Source of the DNA: Vicinamibacterales bacterium
GTDB lineage: Bacteria; Acidobacteriota; Vicinamibacteria; Vicinamibacterales; UBA2999
Assembly (NCBI GenBank): GCA_035647075.1
Contig: DASROF010000173.1
Span: 14,721-78,720 of the forward strand
DNA: 64,000 nt
Reading direction: 5' to 3'
Positions 47,579 through 56,618 of this stretch are shown here, one piece after another (positions within the stretch are counted from its first letter, which is position 1; the number at the start of each line of letters is the position of its first letter). The notes under the pieces were generated by a model. It was not told the origin of the DNA. It did no database searches and saw nothing but the letters and a program-made list of their open reading frames with translations. Made by a program: the position numbers and the translations under genes.

Positions 47579-48994
47579 TTATCGGGTCTTTATGAGCCCC
47601 CAGGGGCCGCCCTTCTTCCGTTTCTTGCCTGGACCCGCGAACCCGCCGCCCTGTGGCATCGGCGGCAGCTTCATCCCTTTCATCCCCTTCATCGCCGGCA
47701 GGCCACCCTGCCCGATCATCTGCAGCACGCGTTTCATCTCGTTGAACTGCTTCAACAGGCGATTGACGTCTTCGACCGACGTGCCGCTGCCGCCGGCGAT
47801 GCGCTTCCGCCGGCTGCCGTTGATGATCTTGTCGTTCTCCCGTTCCGCCGGCGTCATCGAACCGATGATCGCCTCGATGCGGCCCATCTGCTTTTCGTCC
47901 GGACGGTTCTCCGCCACCTGCTTGAGATTGCCGAGTCCCGGCAGCATGCCGAGGACGCTCTCGAGCGGGCCCATCTTCCGGATCGTTTTCAGCTGCTTGC
48001 GGAAGTCGTCCAGCGTGAACGCGTTCTTCCGCAGCTTCTCTTCGAGCTGCTCGGCCTCGTCCTGATCGATCGCCTGCTCCGCCTTCTCGATGAGCGACAG
48101 CACGTCGCCCATGCCGAGCATGCGGGACACAATCCGGTCGGGATGAAAGAGCTCGAGATCCTCGAGCCGCTCACCACTCCCGACAAAGGCGATCGGGACG
48201 CCGACAACCGAGACCACCGACAGCGCCGCGCCGCCGCGCGCATCGCCGTCCAGCTTCGTCAGCACCACGCCGGTCACACCGACGCGGTGATTAAATTCGC
48301 CCGCGCTCTTGATCGCGTCCTGACCTGTCATCGCGTCCGCGACGTAGAGCAAATCGGACGGCTGTACGGCGTCCTTGATGGCCTGCAGCTCGTCCATCAG
48401 GTCATCGTCGATGTGCAGCCGGCCGGCCGTGTCGACGATGACCGTGTCGAAACCTTTGTTACGCGCCTCGGCGAGCGCGCCGGTCGCCCGAGCCACCGGA
48501 TCCATCGTCTCCGGCGCAAACACCTTCACGTCCGCCTGCTCGCCCACCACGGACAGCTGCTGAATGGCCGCCGGACGCCGCACGTCGGTGGAGACCATCA
48601 GCGGGTGCTTACCCTGCCGCTTCAGCCACTGTCCGAGCTTGCCCGACGTCGTGGTCTTGCCCGATCCCTGGAGCCCGAGGAGCAGCACGACCCGCGGCGT
48701 CGGCGCGTCCTTGCGCAGCCCTCCCTCGGTATCACCAAAGAGCGCGAGCAGCTCGTCGCGGACAATCTTGATGACGTGCTGGTCCGGCGTCAGGCTTTTC
48801 AGTACCGCCTGATCCATCGCCCGATCGCGGACACGGTCGATGAACGCCTTGACGACCTTGAAGTTGACGTCCGCTTCGAGCAGCGCCAGGCGGATCTCTC
48901 GCAGCGCCGCTTCGACGTTCTCCTCGGTCAGCCGTACTTCACCGCGCAGCGACTGAAACGCGTCCTGAATGCGGGTGCTGAGCGATTCGAACAT
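47579..48994 (-). CDS. ffh: Signal recognition particle protein Ffh
   Basis: GLQGSGKTTTSGKL, DTAGRL, and a Met-rich M domain at the C terminus. Confidence 0.95.
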   Translation of the reverse strand: MFESLSTRIQDAFQSLRGEVRLTEENVEAALREIRLALLEADVNFKVVKAFIDRVRDRAMDQAVLKSLTPDQHVIKIVRDELLALFGDTEGGLRKDAPTPRVVLLLGLQGSGKTTTSGKLGQWLKRQGKHPLMVSTDVRRPAAIQQLSVVGEQADVKVFAPETMDPVARATGALAEARNKGFDTVIVDTAGRLHIDDDLMDELQAIKDAVQPSDLLYVADAMTGQDAIKSAGEFNHRVGVTGVVLTKLDGDARGGAALSVVSVVGVPIAFVGSGERLEDLELFHPDRIVSRMLGMGDVLSLIEKAEQAIDQDEAEQLEEKLRKNAFTLDDFRKQLKTIRKMGPLESVLGMLPGLGNLKQVAENRPDEKQMGRIEAIIGSMTPAERENDKIINGSRRKRIAGGSGTSVEDVNRLLKQFNEMKRVLQMIGQGGLPAMKGMKGMKLPPMPQGGGFAGPGKKRKKGGPWGLIKTR

Positions 48995-48999
48995 CGGCT

Positions 49000-49023
49000 G
49001 TAGTGTCCGGCTTTAGCCGGACC
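49000..49023. repeat. REP-like palindromic element GTAGTGTCCGGCTTTAGCCGGACC (copy 1)
   Basis: 7-bp stem GTCCGGC/GCCGGAC with loop TTTA, 5 nt upstream of the ffh ATG. A reverse-complement copy lies at 56567-56590. Confidence 0.5.
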
Positions 49024-49121
49024 TCGAGCAGAGGCCGGGCTACCCTGAGCGCACCCACCCCTGCGGGCGCAAACCCTTATCTTAGGCCAGTTTGACAGGG
49101 ACGAGCAACCACCACGCCCCG

Positions 49122-49127
49122 TATAAT
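49122..49127 (+). promoter_or_regulatory. Candidate -10 box TATAAT 9 nt upstream of ATG 49137 (leaderless or near-leaderless mRNA)
   Basis: gTATAATcgagtcactATG. No SD is present. The only TTGACA upstream is 24 nt away, which is too far for a -35. Confidence 0.4.
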
Positions 49128-49136
49128 CGAGTCACT

Positions 49137-50006
49137 ATGACAACTGCTCGACGGATTGTGACCGGAACTGCGGTCCTGGCCGTGCTGCTTGCGGCCCCGA
49201 TCCGAGCCCAGCAGACGAGCGTACCGGTCGGCTCGACGCTTGGTACTGTTGGCTCGGGCGTGCCGGGTGAAGCGTCTACGCCGGGTAGTCGCAACGCCCC
49301 AAGCGGCCCCGCTCCCCGACTGCCGAACGGACGCCCGGACTTCAACGGCGTCTGGGATCACGCCTATGTGCCGGACATGAGTCTCTCGGCCAAGAACACG
49401 ACTCAGCAGAAGGCTCCGGGACCCCTGCCGCTCACGCCACGCGGGATCGAGAACATCAAGAGCTACGACCCGGAGAAGGATGGCGATTACACCGGCATGT
49501 GCATGCCCTACGGGCTGACCCGATCCTTCAACGGACCGTTCCCGATTCAGATTATGCAGACGGATAAGCACGTGGCGTTTCTCTTTGAGATGGGCACGTG
49601 GTTCCACGTGGCGCCGTTCAAGGATGCCCATTCCGCGGATCCCAACCCGACGTGGTTCGGAGAGTCGATTGCGAAATGGGACGGCGACACGCTGATCGTC
49701 GACACGGTCGGATTCAACGGCTGGAGCCGGCTCGACACGCGCGGCCATCCGCACAGCGACAAGCTCCACGTGGTCGAGACGTTTCGTCGTTCCGACGCTG
49801 GGCACATCGTCTATGCCGTCACGGTCGACGATCCCGTCTATTACACGAAACCATGGACGAACGAGCGCACGTTTACGCTGACGACGGGAGAACTGATCGA
49901 GTACTCGTGTCAGGAGAACAACCGATCGTTGCTCGAGGGCCGAATCAAGCCCTGGACCGTGCCGGGCTCCGAACCGCTCCGCAACCCAGTGCTCGGCAAG
50001 AAGTAG
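49137..50006 (+). CDS. Secreted protein of unknown function
   Basis: Signal peptide MTTARRIVTGTAVLAVLLAAPIRAQ. Conserved-looking blocks NGRPDFNGVWDH and WDGDTLIVDTVGFNGWSRLDTRGHPHSDKLHVVETFRR..DDPVYYTKPW. I cannot name a family. Confidence 0.6.
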   Translation: MTTARRIVTGTAVLAVLLAAPIRAQQTSVPVGSTLGTVGSGVPGEASTPGSRNAPSGPAPRLPNGRPDFNGVWDHAYVPDMSLSAKNTTQQKAPGPLPLTPRGIENIKSYDPEKDGDYTGMCMPYGLTRSFNGPFPIQIMQTDKHVAFLFEMGTWFHVAPFKDAHSADPNPTWFGESIAKWDGDTLIVDTVGFNGWSRLDTRGHPHSDKLHVVETFRRSDAGHIVYAVTVDDPVYYTKPWTNERTFTLTTGELIEYSCQENNRSLLEGRIKPWTVPGSEPLRNPVLGKK

Positions 50007-50387
50007 ATGGCTGATTCACTTCTCGAGATCGCGAAAACCATCGGCGTGCCGGTTGCACGGCGGCACATATTCCTGTGCGCAGAACAGACGAAGCCGAAAT
50101 GCTGCGACCTGGAACGCGGCGTTGCCGCGTGGGACTTCCTGAAACGCCGCCTTGGCGAGCTTGGTCTCGCCAACCAGGGCGGCATCCTGCGAACGAAGGT
50201 CAACTGCCTGCGTATCTGCGAAGGCGGGCCGATTGCCGTGGTCTATCCGGAGGGTGCCTGGTACCGCGAATGCGATCCGCCCGCGCTCGAACGAATCATT
50301 CAGGAGCATCTCATCGGCGGCAGGATCGTCGAGGATCTGCTCATCACTTCGCATCCACTCGGTGAGGTCGCTGAGGAGTGCCGGTGA
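50007..50387 (+). CDS. Thioredoxin-like [2Fe-2S] ferredoxin-domain protein
   Basis: 126 aa with Cys pattern FLC..(7)..CC..(35)..CLRIC and [14 protein letters not shown]. The ATG immediately follows the upstream TAG. No signal peptide. Confidence 0.65.
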   Translation: MADSLLEIAKTIGVPVARRHIFLCAEQTKPKCCDLERGVAAWDFLKRRLGELGLANQGGILRTKVNCLRICEGGPIAVVYPEGAWYRECDPPALERIIQEHLIGGRIVEDLLITSHPLGEVAEECR

Positions 50388-52339
50388 GGAGGAGCATCGC
50401 CTGGCTCATTGCCGGGTGCTCCCTGACTGCGGCCCTCTCCTTCAGCGCGAAGTCGCCAGCGGCACAGGCACAGCCGCCTGCCCCCGCTCCAGGCACTGAA
50501 AGCGGTCTGGCGACGTTTCAAACCCGCTGCACGATGTGCCACGCGAACTCAGTCGGCGAACGCACTGGCGTGCGCGGCGCCGAACGCGCTCCCACGACGG
50601 ACGTCCTACGCCAGATGTCGCCGGAGCGCATCTATCAGGCGCTCACGACCGGCTCGATGAGCGAGCAGGCGAAAGACCTCACGGACATTGCCAAGGTGAA
50701 GCTGGCGGAGTTCATGAGCAGCCGTCCCATGGGCAGCGCGCGAGCGGGCGATGCGGCCGCGATGCCGAACAAGTGCAAGACGAACCCTCCATTGTTGGAG
50801 CCCGCAAAGGCACCGCAATGGAACGGCTGGGGAAACGACCTCGCCAATTCTCGGTTTCAGCCCGCTGCGGCGGCGCGCCTGACGGCGGCACAGGTCCCAC
50901 AGTTGAAGTTGAAGTGGGCGTTCGGGTACCCGTCTGGAGCCTCTGCTAATGCACAACCTGCCATCGTGGCTGGACGCGTATTCGTCGGCAGCGACAACGG
51001 CTACTTCTACTCGCTCGATGCCAGGACGGGATGCGTCTACTGGTCGTTCGAGAACGGCTCGATTGTTCGCAATGCACCGACCGTGGCTCCCGTTGTCAGC
51101 CAGGACGTCCCGCCCGCAGCTCAGGGTCCGCAGCTCCCTGGTCGACGATCGCAAGCCCCCGCTCCGCCTCCGCAGCGGTATGCGGTCTTCTTTGGCGACG
51201 GGCATGCGAACGTCTACGCACTCGATGCGCAGAGCGGCAAGCTGCTCTGGAAGACACGTGTCGATTCCCATTTCGTTGCCCGTGTTACCGCGGGCACGAA
51301 GTACTACAACGGCAAGTTGTTCGTGCCGGTGTCGTCTTCCGAGGAATTCAACAGCGGCAACCCGGGTTACTCCTGTTGCACGGCCCGTGGCAGCGTCGTC
51401 GCTCTCGACGCCAACACCGGCAAGCAGCTCTGGAAGGCCTGGGTGATTCCCGATGAACCGCGTCCGTATAAGACGATGGCGAACGGCGTGGCGCTCTACA
51501 GGCCGGCGGGCGGCGCAGTGTGGAATTCGCCGACGGTCGACCCCGTCCGCAACGCAATTTACTTCGGTACGGGCGACGCGACGACTTCACCGTCGCCCAA
51601 GACCACCGATGGCGTCATGGCGGTCGATATCGACACCGGCAAACTGCTCTGGTCCTATCAGGCAACCGCCGGCGATGTCTTCATGGGCGGGTGCACGGGC
51701 GCCGAGCGTAGCGAGGCGTGTCCGACGCCGATGGGACCCGACATGGACATCGGCAACTCGCCCATCCTCGTGACGCTGCCAGGCGGCAAGCGCGCCCTGC
51801 TGGGTGGGACAAAGAGCGCCGACGTGTTTGCGCTCGACCCTGACAACCAGGGGACCCTGCTTTATCGCGTGAATGCGGCGGGCGGACCGATCAACGTCAC
51901 AGGCCGCGCCGCGCGAGGATCGATCGTGTGGGGCGGCGCGACGGACGGCCAACGCATCTACTACGGTGCCGGCGCCGCCGGGCTCGTCGCGCTGACACCA
52001 GAGGCAGGCGAGGTTGCCTGGTCGTTTACGGGTCCGCCGCTGACGGCGGGAGCTCGCGGCGTCGGTCTTGGCGCGGCACCAACGCTGATTCCCGGGGTCG
52101 TCTTTGAAGGCGCCGGCGACGGCCGACTCTTCGCCGTGTCGTCAACGACTGGCAAACTTCTCTGGCAGTTCAATACCCGACAGGAGTTCAAGACGGTGAA
52201 CGATGTGATGGCGCACGGCGGCGCGATCGCTTCATCGGGCGCAGTAGTCGTCGACGGAATGGTCTTCGTTGGCTCCGGCTACGCCATCACCGACGGGGCC
52301 ACCGCAGGCAACGTGCTGCTCGCCTTCGGCCTCGATTAA
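50378..52339 (+). CDS. Quinohemoprotein-type PQQ beta-propeller dehydrogenase with an N-terminal cytochrome c domain (PVA-dehydrogenase-like)
   Basis: Signal peptide, heme site CTMCH, then repeated propeller blades (..[22 protein letters not shown].., ..[14 protein letters not shown]..). The alternative GTG 50384 forms a GTGA overlap with the upstream stop. Confidence 0.8.
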   Translation: MPVRRSIAWLIAGCSLTAALSFSAKSPAAQAQPPAPAPGTESGLATFQTRCTMCHANSVGERTGVRGAERAPTTDVLRQMSPERIYQALTTGSMSEQAKDLTDIAKVKLAEFMSSRPMGSARAGDAAAMPNKCKTNPPLLEPAKAPQWNGWGNDLANSRFQPAAAARLTAAQVPQLKLKWAFGYPSGASANAQPAIVAGRVFVGSDNGYFYSLDARTGCVYWSFENGSIVRNAPTVAPVVSQDVPPAAQGPQLPGRRSQAPAPPPQRYAVFFGDGHANVYALDAQSGKLLWKTRVDSHFVARVTAGTKYYNGKLFVPVSSSEEFNSGNPGYSCCTARGSVVALDANTGKQLWKAWVIPDEPRPYKTMANGVALYRPAGGAVWNSPTVDPVRNAIYFGTGDATTSPSPKTTDGVMAVDIDTGKLLWSYQATAGDVFMGGCTGAERSEACPTPMGPDMDIGNSPILVTLPGGKRALLGGTKSADVFALDPDNQGTLLYRVNAAGGPINVTGRAARGSIVWGGATDGQRIYYGAGAAGLVALTPEAGEVAWSFTGPPLTAGARGVGLGAAPTLIPGVVFEGAGDGRLFAVSSTTGKLLWQFNTRQEFKTVNDVMAHGGAIASSGAVVVDGMVFVGSGYAITDGATAGNVLLAFGLD

Positions 52340-52348
52340 CAGGACGTA

Positions 52349-53320
52349 TCAGGGCCGCGGTGGAAGCGGTTTCCGCTCTCGCGCCGCAGCAGCCACATCC
52401 TCGATCGCCTGTATCACCACTCGCGGGTGCGTTAGCTGGATCTCATGTGCGGCACCCGGGACGATCGTGTGGCGGCTGTTCGGCGATAGCTTCGCCAGGA
52501 TGGCGTGAGCCGTCCTGTTTCCGTCGCCGCGAGTCAGCACGACAACTGGGACCCGCGCGATTGGTGCGTCGGCCTGTTTCTGGCTCTGCAGCAGCCGCGA
52601 CAGCGCCGCATGTTCTCCCGCTTGAAACTCGCGAACGACCTCCGCCGGAACCGACAGCGGAATCGCTTCGATGACCCGCTGTTCCAGCTGTACGCGCAAT
52701 TCGTACAACACTGGCGGAAGCAGATTGAATGGCGACCCGGTCTGCGGCGACCGTCGCGCTACGTTCACTGGTGCAGTCGGCATCGTCGTCTGCAACTGTT
52801 CGCTGCTGAGCGACGCAATCGCGACACCTTTCCCTTGATACAGAGTGAAGAGCCCGTCCTCGCTGGAAGGATCGACGAGGACCAGACCCACGACATCGCC
52901 GGGATACTCCAGCTGATACAGCCGGGCGTAGACACCGCCCATCGAGTGACCGACGAGGACTACGGGTGTCTTTTCGCCGGCCGCGGCCAGTCCCGAATGG
53001 AGATCGCGAATGATCCGCGCCGGCGTGTCGACTGCGTCGCGTGGATCACTCCATCCGGCGCCGGCACGATCGTACGAGCAGACGCGGTGCGACTGTGCCA
53101 CGGCCGGCTGCACGAGCGACCAATCGATGGCGAATGCGCCCGCGCCAGCCTCGAGGACGACGGTTGGAGTCCCAGAACCGCTGCAGATGAAGTGGAGCTT
53201 TCGCCCACCGATATCAACGAGGCGACCGGGCGCTGATCCGATGCTTCCTTGTTGCTGCTGCGCGAGCACCGGCGCACTTGCCACCGTCGCGGCGATGGCG
53301 AGCGCGGTCAGACGTTTCAC
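52349..53320 (-). CDS. Secreted alpha/beta hydrolase
   Basis: Signal peptide, HG-type VVLEAGAG, nucleophile elbow LVGHSMGG, and C-terminal GAAHEIQ. The GTG start overlaps the upstream TGA (GTGA). Confidence 0.8.
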   Translation of the reverse strand: MKRLTALAIAATVASAPVLAQQQQGSIGSAPGRLVDIGGRKLHFICSGSGTPTVVLEAGAGAFAIDWSLVQPAVAQSHRVCSYDRAGAGWSDPRDAVDTPARIIRDLHSGLAAAGEKTPVVLVGHSMGGVYARLYQLEYPGDVVGLVLVDPSSEDGLFTLYQGKGVAIASLSSEQLQTTMPTAPVNVARRSPQTGSPFNLLPPVLYELRVQLEQRVIEAIPLSVPAEVVREFQAGEHAALSRLLQSQKQADAPIARVPVVVLTRGDGNRTAHAILAKLSPNSRHTIVPGAAHEIQLTHPRVVIQAIEDVAAAARERKPLPPRP

Positions 53321-54072
53321 TTGGCAACCTTCAGCGACACATCGACTTTTACCGTTTCGCCGGTAATACGATCGGCGGCGGCGGTGAACTGACGCGCCTG
53401 ACCATCGCGGAGCACAACGTTGTTGCTGGCGCGGAACGACCGGATGACGGGCAAGCCGTTTGTCGTGGTCCCTGCGCCGACGCTCTGCGGCGTCGCGATT
53501 GCGTCGTCCTGCACCGATACCCAGATTTCGAAGCGTCCGCCGTCGAGAATCCGCGCCCTGGCATCGATGTTCGTCCCCACGGCCTTGTACAGGACCGGAC
53601 CGCCGGTCGGGATACCCGGAATGGGCTTGCCATCGAGCGTCAACGACATCGTTGGCAGCGGCACCTCCCCACCCATACGCAGTGATGTCGTTGGCGCGCC
53701 CTCCACGTCGCCCACGTACTTGGCATTGACGGTGAGCGCATATGGCAGGCTGCTCGTCTTCTTATCTCCCTGGTAGCGCGAAATCACGACTTCCAGGTCG
53801 AGCGGAACAACGACGTTCATCTTCTCCGCGTCGGCGCGGGCCGCCTCCAGGGCACGACGCTGCGACTCCTCGGCGACCTTCTGCTGCGCACGCGCCACGG
53901 CCTCCGCCTGCTGCGCTGCCATCTTTGCCATGGCTTCGACCCCGGCCTGTTGCTCCGCCGCTGCCTTCTCCGCCGCTGCCTTCTCTGCAGCTGTCAAGGG
54001 CTTCTGCTGCGCGGCCGCCGACACACTGAACGCAATCGCCAGGACCGCCAGGGCCGCCGTATAGCGTCTCAT
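53317..54072 (-). CDS. Secreted protein with an Ala/Glu/Lys/Gln-rich coiled-coil N-terminal part and a beta-rich C-terminal domain
   Basis: MRRYTAALAVLAIAFSVSAAAQ signal peptide, then AAEKAAAEKAAAEQQAG.., then ..VVISRYQGDKKTSSLPYALTVNA..RSFRASNNVVLRDGQ..KVDVSLKV. ATG 54072 shares 1 nt with the upstream TGA. The track start is 54078. Confidence 0.6.
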   Translation of the reverse strand: MRRYTAALAVLAIAFSVSAAAQQKPLTAAEKAAAEKAAAEQQAGVEAMAKMAAQQAEAVARAQQKVAEESQRRALEAARADAEKMNVVVPLDLEVVISRYQGDKKTSSLPYALTVNAKYVGDVEGAPTTSLRMGGEVPLPTMSLTLDGKPIPGIPTGGPVLYKAVGTNIDARARILDGGRFEIWVSVQDDAIATPQSVGAGTTTNGLPVIRSFRASNNVVLRDGQARQFTAAADRITGETVKVDVSLKVAK

Positions 54073-54677
54073 CACCACTTGGTTTCTCCTTCTGTCTGGG
54101 CCCGAGCCGTCAACAGCGGCAGCGGGTCAATCTCGAGCGGCGCAATCACAAGAGGTGCCCTGTCCGCCTCGCCGAGCGCCTGAACCACCGTCTCCGGAAT
54201 ACGGCCGTTCGCCACCGCTGTGACAAACATCCCGAACGCGACTCGATCCTCTTCCGCAAACAGCACCGGGCTCAATTGCAACGGCACCGTCCGCGGCGAC
54301 TCGACCCGATCCGGCACCCCGAGCCGCCGCCGGATCGGACGGAGGTCATTCGCCGACGACGGCGGCGACACCGGGGTTGCCTCCACTGCGACTTGTGTCA
54401 CGGGCGTCCTGTGGACACTGGGCGCGACGACGACTCCTCCGCGCATGAACCGCGGCACAACGACCGCCAACACAACCCCGACGATTGCCGCGACGACGAG
54501 AGGCTGCACGCCCTGCCCCCACACCGCCTGACGCCACAGCGACTGTTCGGGTTCAGCGGCAATGCGCGTCCGCACGCGAACCAGGAACTCCGGCGACGGC
54601 TCGATACCGAGTGCCGACTCCAGCTCGCGATCGAGCTGCGCATCGCTCAACGGGTGCTGCGGTCCTGTGTCATCCAT
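54072..54677 (-). CDS. Candidate single-pass anti-sigma factor
   Basis: A short cytoplasmic N terminus, one TM (VQPLVVAAIVGVVLAVVV) and a Pro-rich periplasmic part. Lies immediately after, and overlaps, the ECF sigma gene. No zf-HC2 motif seen. Start ATG 54677 is inferred. Confidence 0.5.
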   Translation of the reverse strand: MDDTGPQHPLSDAQLDRELESALGIEPSPEFLVRVRTRIAAEPEQSLWRQAVWGQGVQPLVVAAIVGVVLAVVVPRFMRGGVVVAPSVHRTPVTQVAVEATPVSPPSSANDLRPIRRRLGVPDRVESPRTVPLQLSPVLFAEEDRVAFGMFVTAVANGRIPETVVQALGEADRAPLVIAPLEIDPLPLLTARAQTEGETKW

Positions 54678-55249
54678 GACAATGCGTCCTTCAACTGTTG
54701 TCGCGCCGCGAACAATCGCGACTTGACGGTGCCCTCCGGCAGTTCCAGCAACGTCGCGACTTCTCTGATGTCGTGCTCCTCGATTCCGGACAGCACGATG
54801 ACGACACGGAGCTTCTCGGAGAGGCCATCGATTGCGCGCCACAAGTGTTCCGCGCGTTCACGCGCTTCCAGGCCGACCTGCAGGTCGGCTTCTCCCGGGC
54901 GGCTTCTGCCTGAAGCCGGAAGCCACGTATCCGCGTGATCTTCGCGCACCGTGCGGCGCCGGTTCGACCGCTGTCGATCGAGCGCCATACGCCATGTCAT
55001 GCGCACGAGCCAGGCCCTGAACCGATCGCGATCCCGAAGCTGAGTGAAACTGCGATACGCCTTCGCGAACGCCTCTTGCGCCACGTCCTCTGCGTCTTCG
55101 CGGTTGCGGAGCACGCTGTAGGCCACGCGCACGGCCAGCGTCGAGGACTCCACCAGCCGCGCTTCGAACTCCCGGGCCAGCTCCTGATCCACAGTCAGGG
55201 CGCGATCCCACGGATGAAGTTGTGCAGCCACCTCGGCGCGGTCATGCAT
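54647..55249 (-). CDS. ECF-type RNA polymerase sigma factor
   Basis: Region 2 (DAEDVAQEAFAKAYRSFTQLRDRDRFRAWLVRMTWRMALD) and region 4 (IREVATLLELPEGTVKSRLFAARQQL). Confidence 0.85.
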   Translation of the reverse strand: MHDRAEVAAQLHPWDRALTVDQELAREFEARLVESSTLAVRVAYSVLRNREDAEDVAQEAFAKAYRSFTQLRDRDRFRAWLVRMTWRMALDRQRSNRRRTVREDHADTWLPASGRSRPGEADLQVGLEARERAEHLWRAIDGLSEKLRVVIVLSGIEEHDIREVATLLELPEGTVKSRLFAARQQLKDALSWMTQDRSTR

Positions 55250-55307
55250 GTCGCTTCACCGGGCTAGACGCCGTCGGAACGGAGTCGGTTCAGTTCGTCG
55301 TTGGGGC

Positions 55308-56558
55308 CTACACAGACGAGAGCTTGTGTCCGAGCTTGTCCTTCTTGGTCTTCAGGTATCGACGGGTCGAATCGCTGGCGGGAATTTCGAGCGGAACCGC
55401 TTCGGACACGGCAAGGCCATAGCCCTGCAGCCCCACGAACTTCCGCGGATTGTTGGTCAACAGCCGCATCGTCTTGACGCCCAGGTCGCTCAGGACCTGC
55501 GCGCCGATGCCGTAGTCGCGCTGGTCGGCTTTGAACCCGAGCCGCTCGTTCGCCTCGACGGTGTCGAGCCCCTCATCTTGGAGCTCGTACGCGCGAATCT
55601 TGTTGGCCAGCCCGATGCCGCGGCCTTCCTGATTGAGATACAGCAGAACGCCCCGGCCTTCTTTGGCGATGCGGGCCATCGCCGTCTCGAGCTGCGCGCC
55701 ACAGTCGCACCGCGCCGAGTGAAACACGTCGCCGGTCAAGCACTTCGAGTGCACACGAACCAGCACGTCCTTGCCATCACCGATCTCGCCGCGAACGAGC
55801 GCCACGTGTGTTTCGCTGTCCAGCTGGCTGGCATACGCAAAGATTCGGAAGGCTCCGTGCTCAGTCGGCAGTTCGGCGCTGGCGACGCGCTTCACCAGCC
55901 GTTCGGTCTGCATCCGGTACTGAATAAGGTCGGCAATCGTAATGATCAGCAGCCCGTGCTTCTTCGCGAACTTCGTGAGCTCCGGCACGCGCGCCATCGT
56001 GCCGTCCTCGTTCATGATTTCGCAGATGACGCCGGCCGGATACAGTCCGGCCATACGAGCAAGGTCGACGCCCGCTTCTGTCTGCCCGGCGCGAACGAGC
56101 ACTCCGCCATCGCGCGCGCGAAGTGGCGACATGTGGCCGGGTCTCGCAAGATCGGCCGGCGTCGTCTCCGGATCGATCGCCGCCATCACGGTGGCCGCGC
56201 GATCGGCCGCCGAGATTCCAGTCGTGACCTGATGCTTGGCGTCGATCGGCACGCAGAACGCCGTGCCGAACGGCGTTGTGTTCGCGTTGACGGCGAGCGG
56301 AATCTCGAGCTCGTCGAGCCGCTGTCCAGTCATCGACAGGCAAATCTGTCCGCGGCCGAACTTCGCCATGAAGTTGATGGCAGCGGGCGTGACCTTCCCG
56401 GCTGCGATTGTCAGATCGCCTTCGTTCTCCCGATCCTCGTCGTCAACGACGATGATCATCCGGCCGGCGCGGATTTCGGCAATCGCGTCGTCGATCGACG
56501 AGAAGGGGCTCCTTTTTCGCGCGCCTTTGGCGATTCGAATCTTCGAGTGTTTCGTCAT
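55308..56558 (-). CDS. ribBA: Bifunctional 3,4-dihydroxy-2-butanone-4-phosphate synthase / GTP cyclohydrolase II
   Basis: 416 aa with a DHBP synthase half (VVDDEDRENEGDL) and a GCH-II half (RVHSKCLTGDVFHSARCDCG). Confidence 0.95.
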   Translation of the reverse strand: MTKHSKIRIAKGARKRSPFSSIDDAIAEIRAGRMIIVVDDEDRENEGDLTIAAGKVTPAAINFMAKFGRGQICLSMTGQRLDELEIPLAVNANTTPFGTAFCVPIDAKHQVTTGISAADRAATVMAAIDPETTPADLARPGHMSPLRARDGGVLVRAGQTEAGVDLARMAGLYPAGVICEIMNEDGTMARVPELTKFAKKHGLLIITIADLIQYRMQTERLVKRVASAELPTEHGAFRIFAYASQLDSETHVALVRGEIGDGKDVLVRVHSKCLTGDVFHSARCDCGAQLETAMARIAKEGRGVLLYLNQEGRGIGLANKIRAYELQDEGLDTVEANERLGFKADQRDYGIGAQVLSDLGVKTMRLLTNNPRKFVGLQGYGLAVSEAVPLEIPASDSTRRYLKTKKDKLGHKLSSV

Positions 56559-56566
56559 TGTTCGGT

Positions 56567-56590
56567 GGTCCGGCTAAAGCCGGACACTAC
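56567..56590. repeat. REP-like palindromic element (copy 2, reverse orientation), plus a half copy CCGGACACTAC at 56612-56622
   Basis: GGTCCGGCTAAAGCCGGACACTAC lies 8 nt upstream of the ribBA ATG. The half copy overlaps the ribE stop codon. Confidence 0.5.
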
Positions 56591-56618
56591 AACGGAGCGT
56601 TCCGCCTCAAACCGGACA

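Noticed and set aside
49092-49097. TTGACA upstream of the TATAAT at 49122, considered as a -35 element (this position is also the TTG start of the track ORF).
   Set aside because: The spacer to the TATAAT is 24 nt, far from the 16-19 nt optimum. As a start codon it would add a non-signal-like 15-aa extension before a good signal peptide that begins at ATG 49137.
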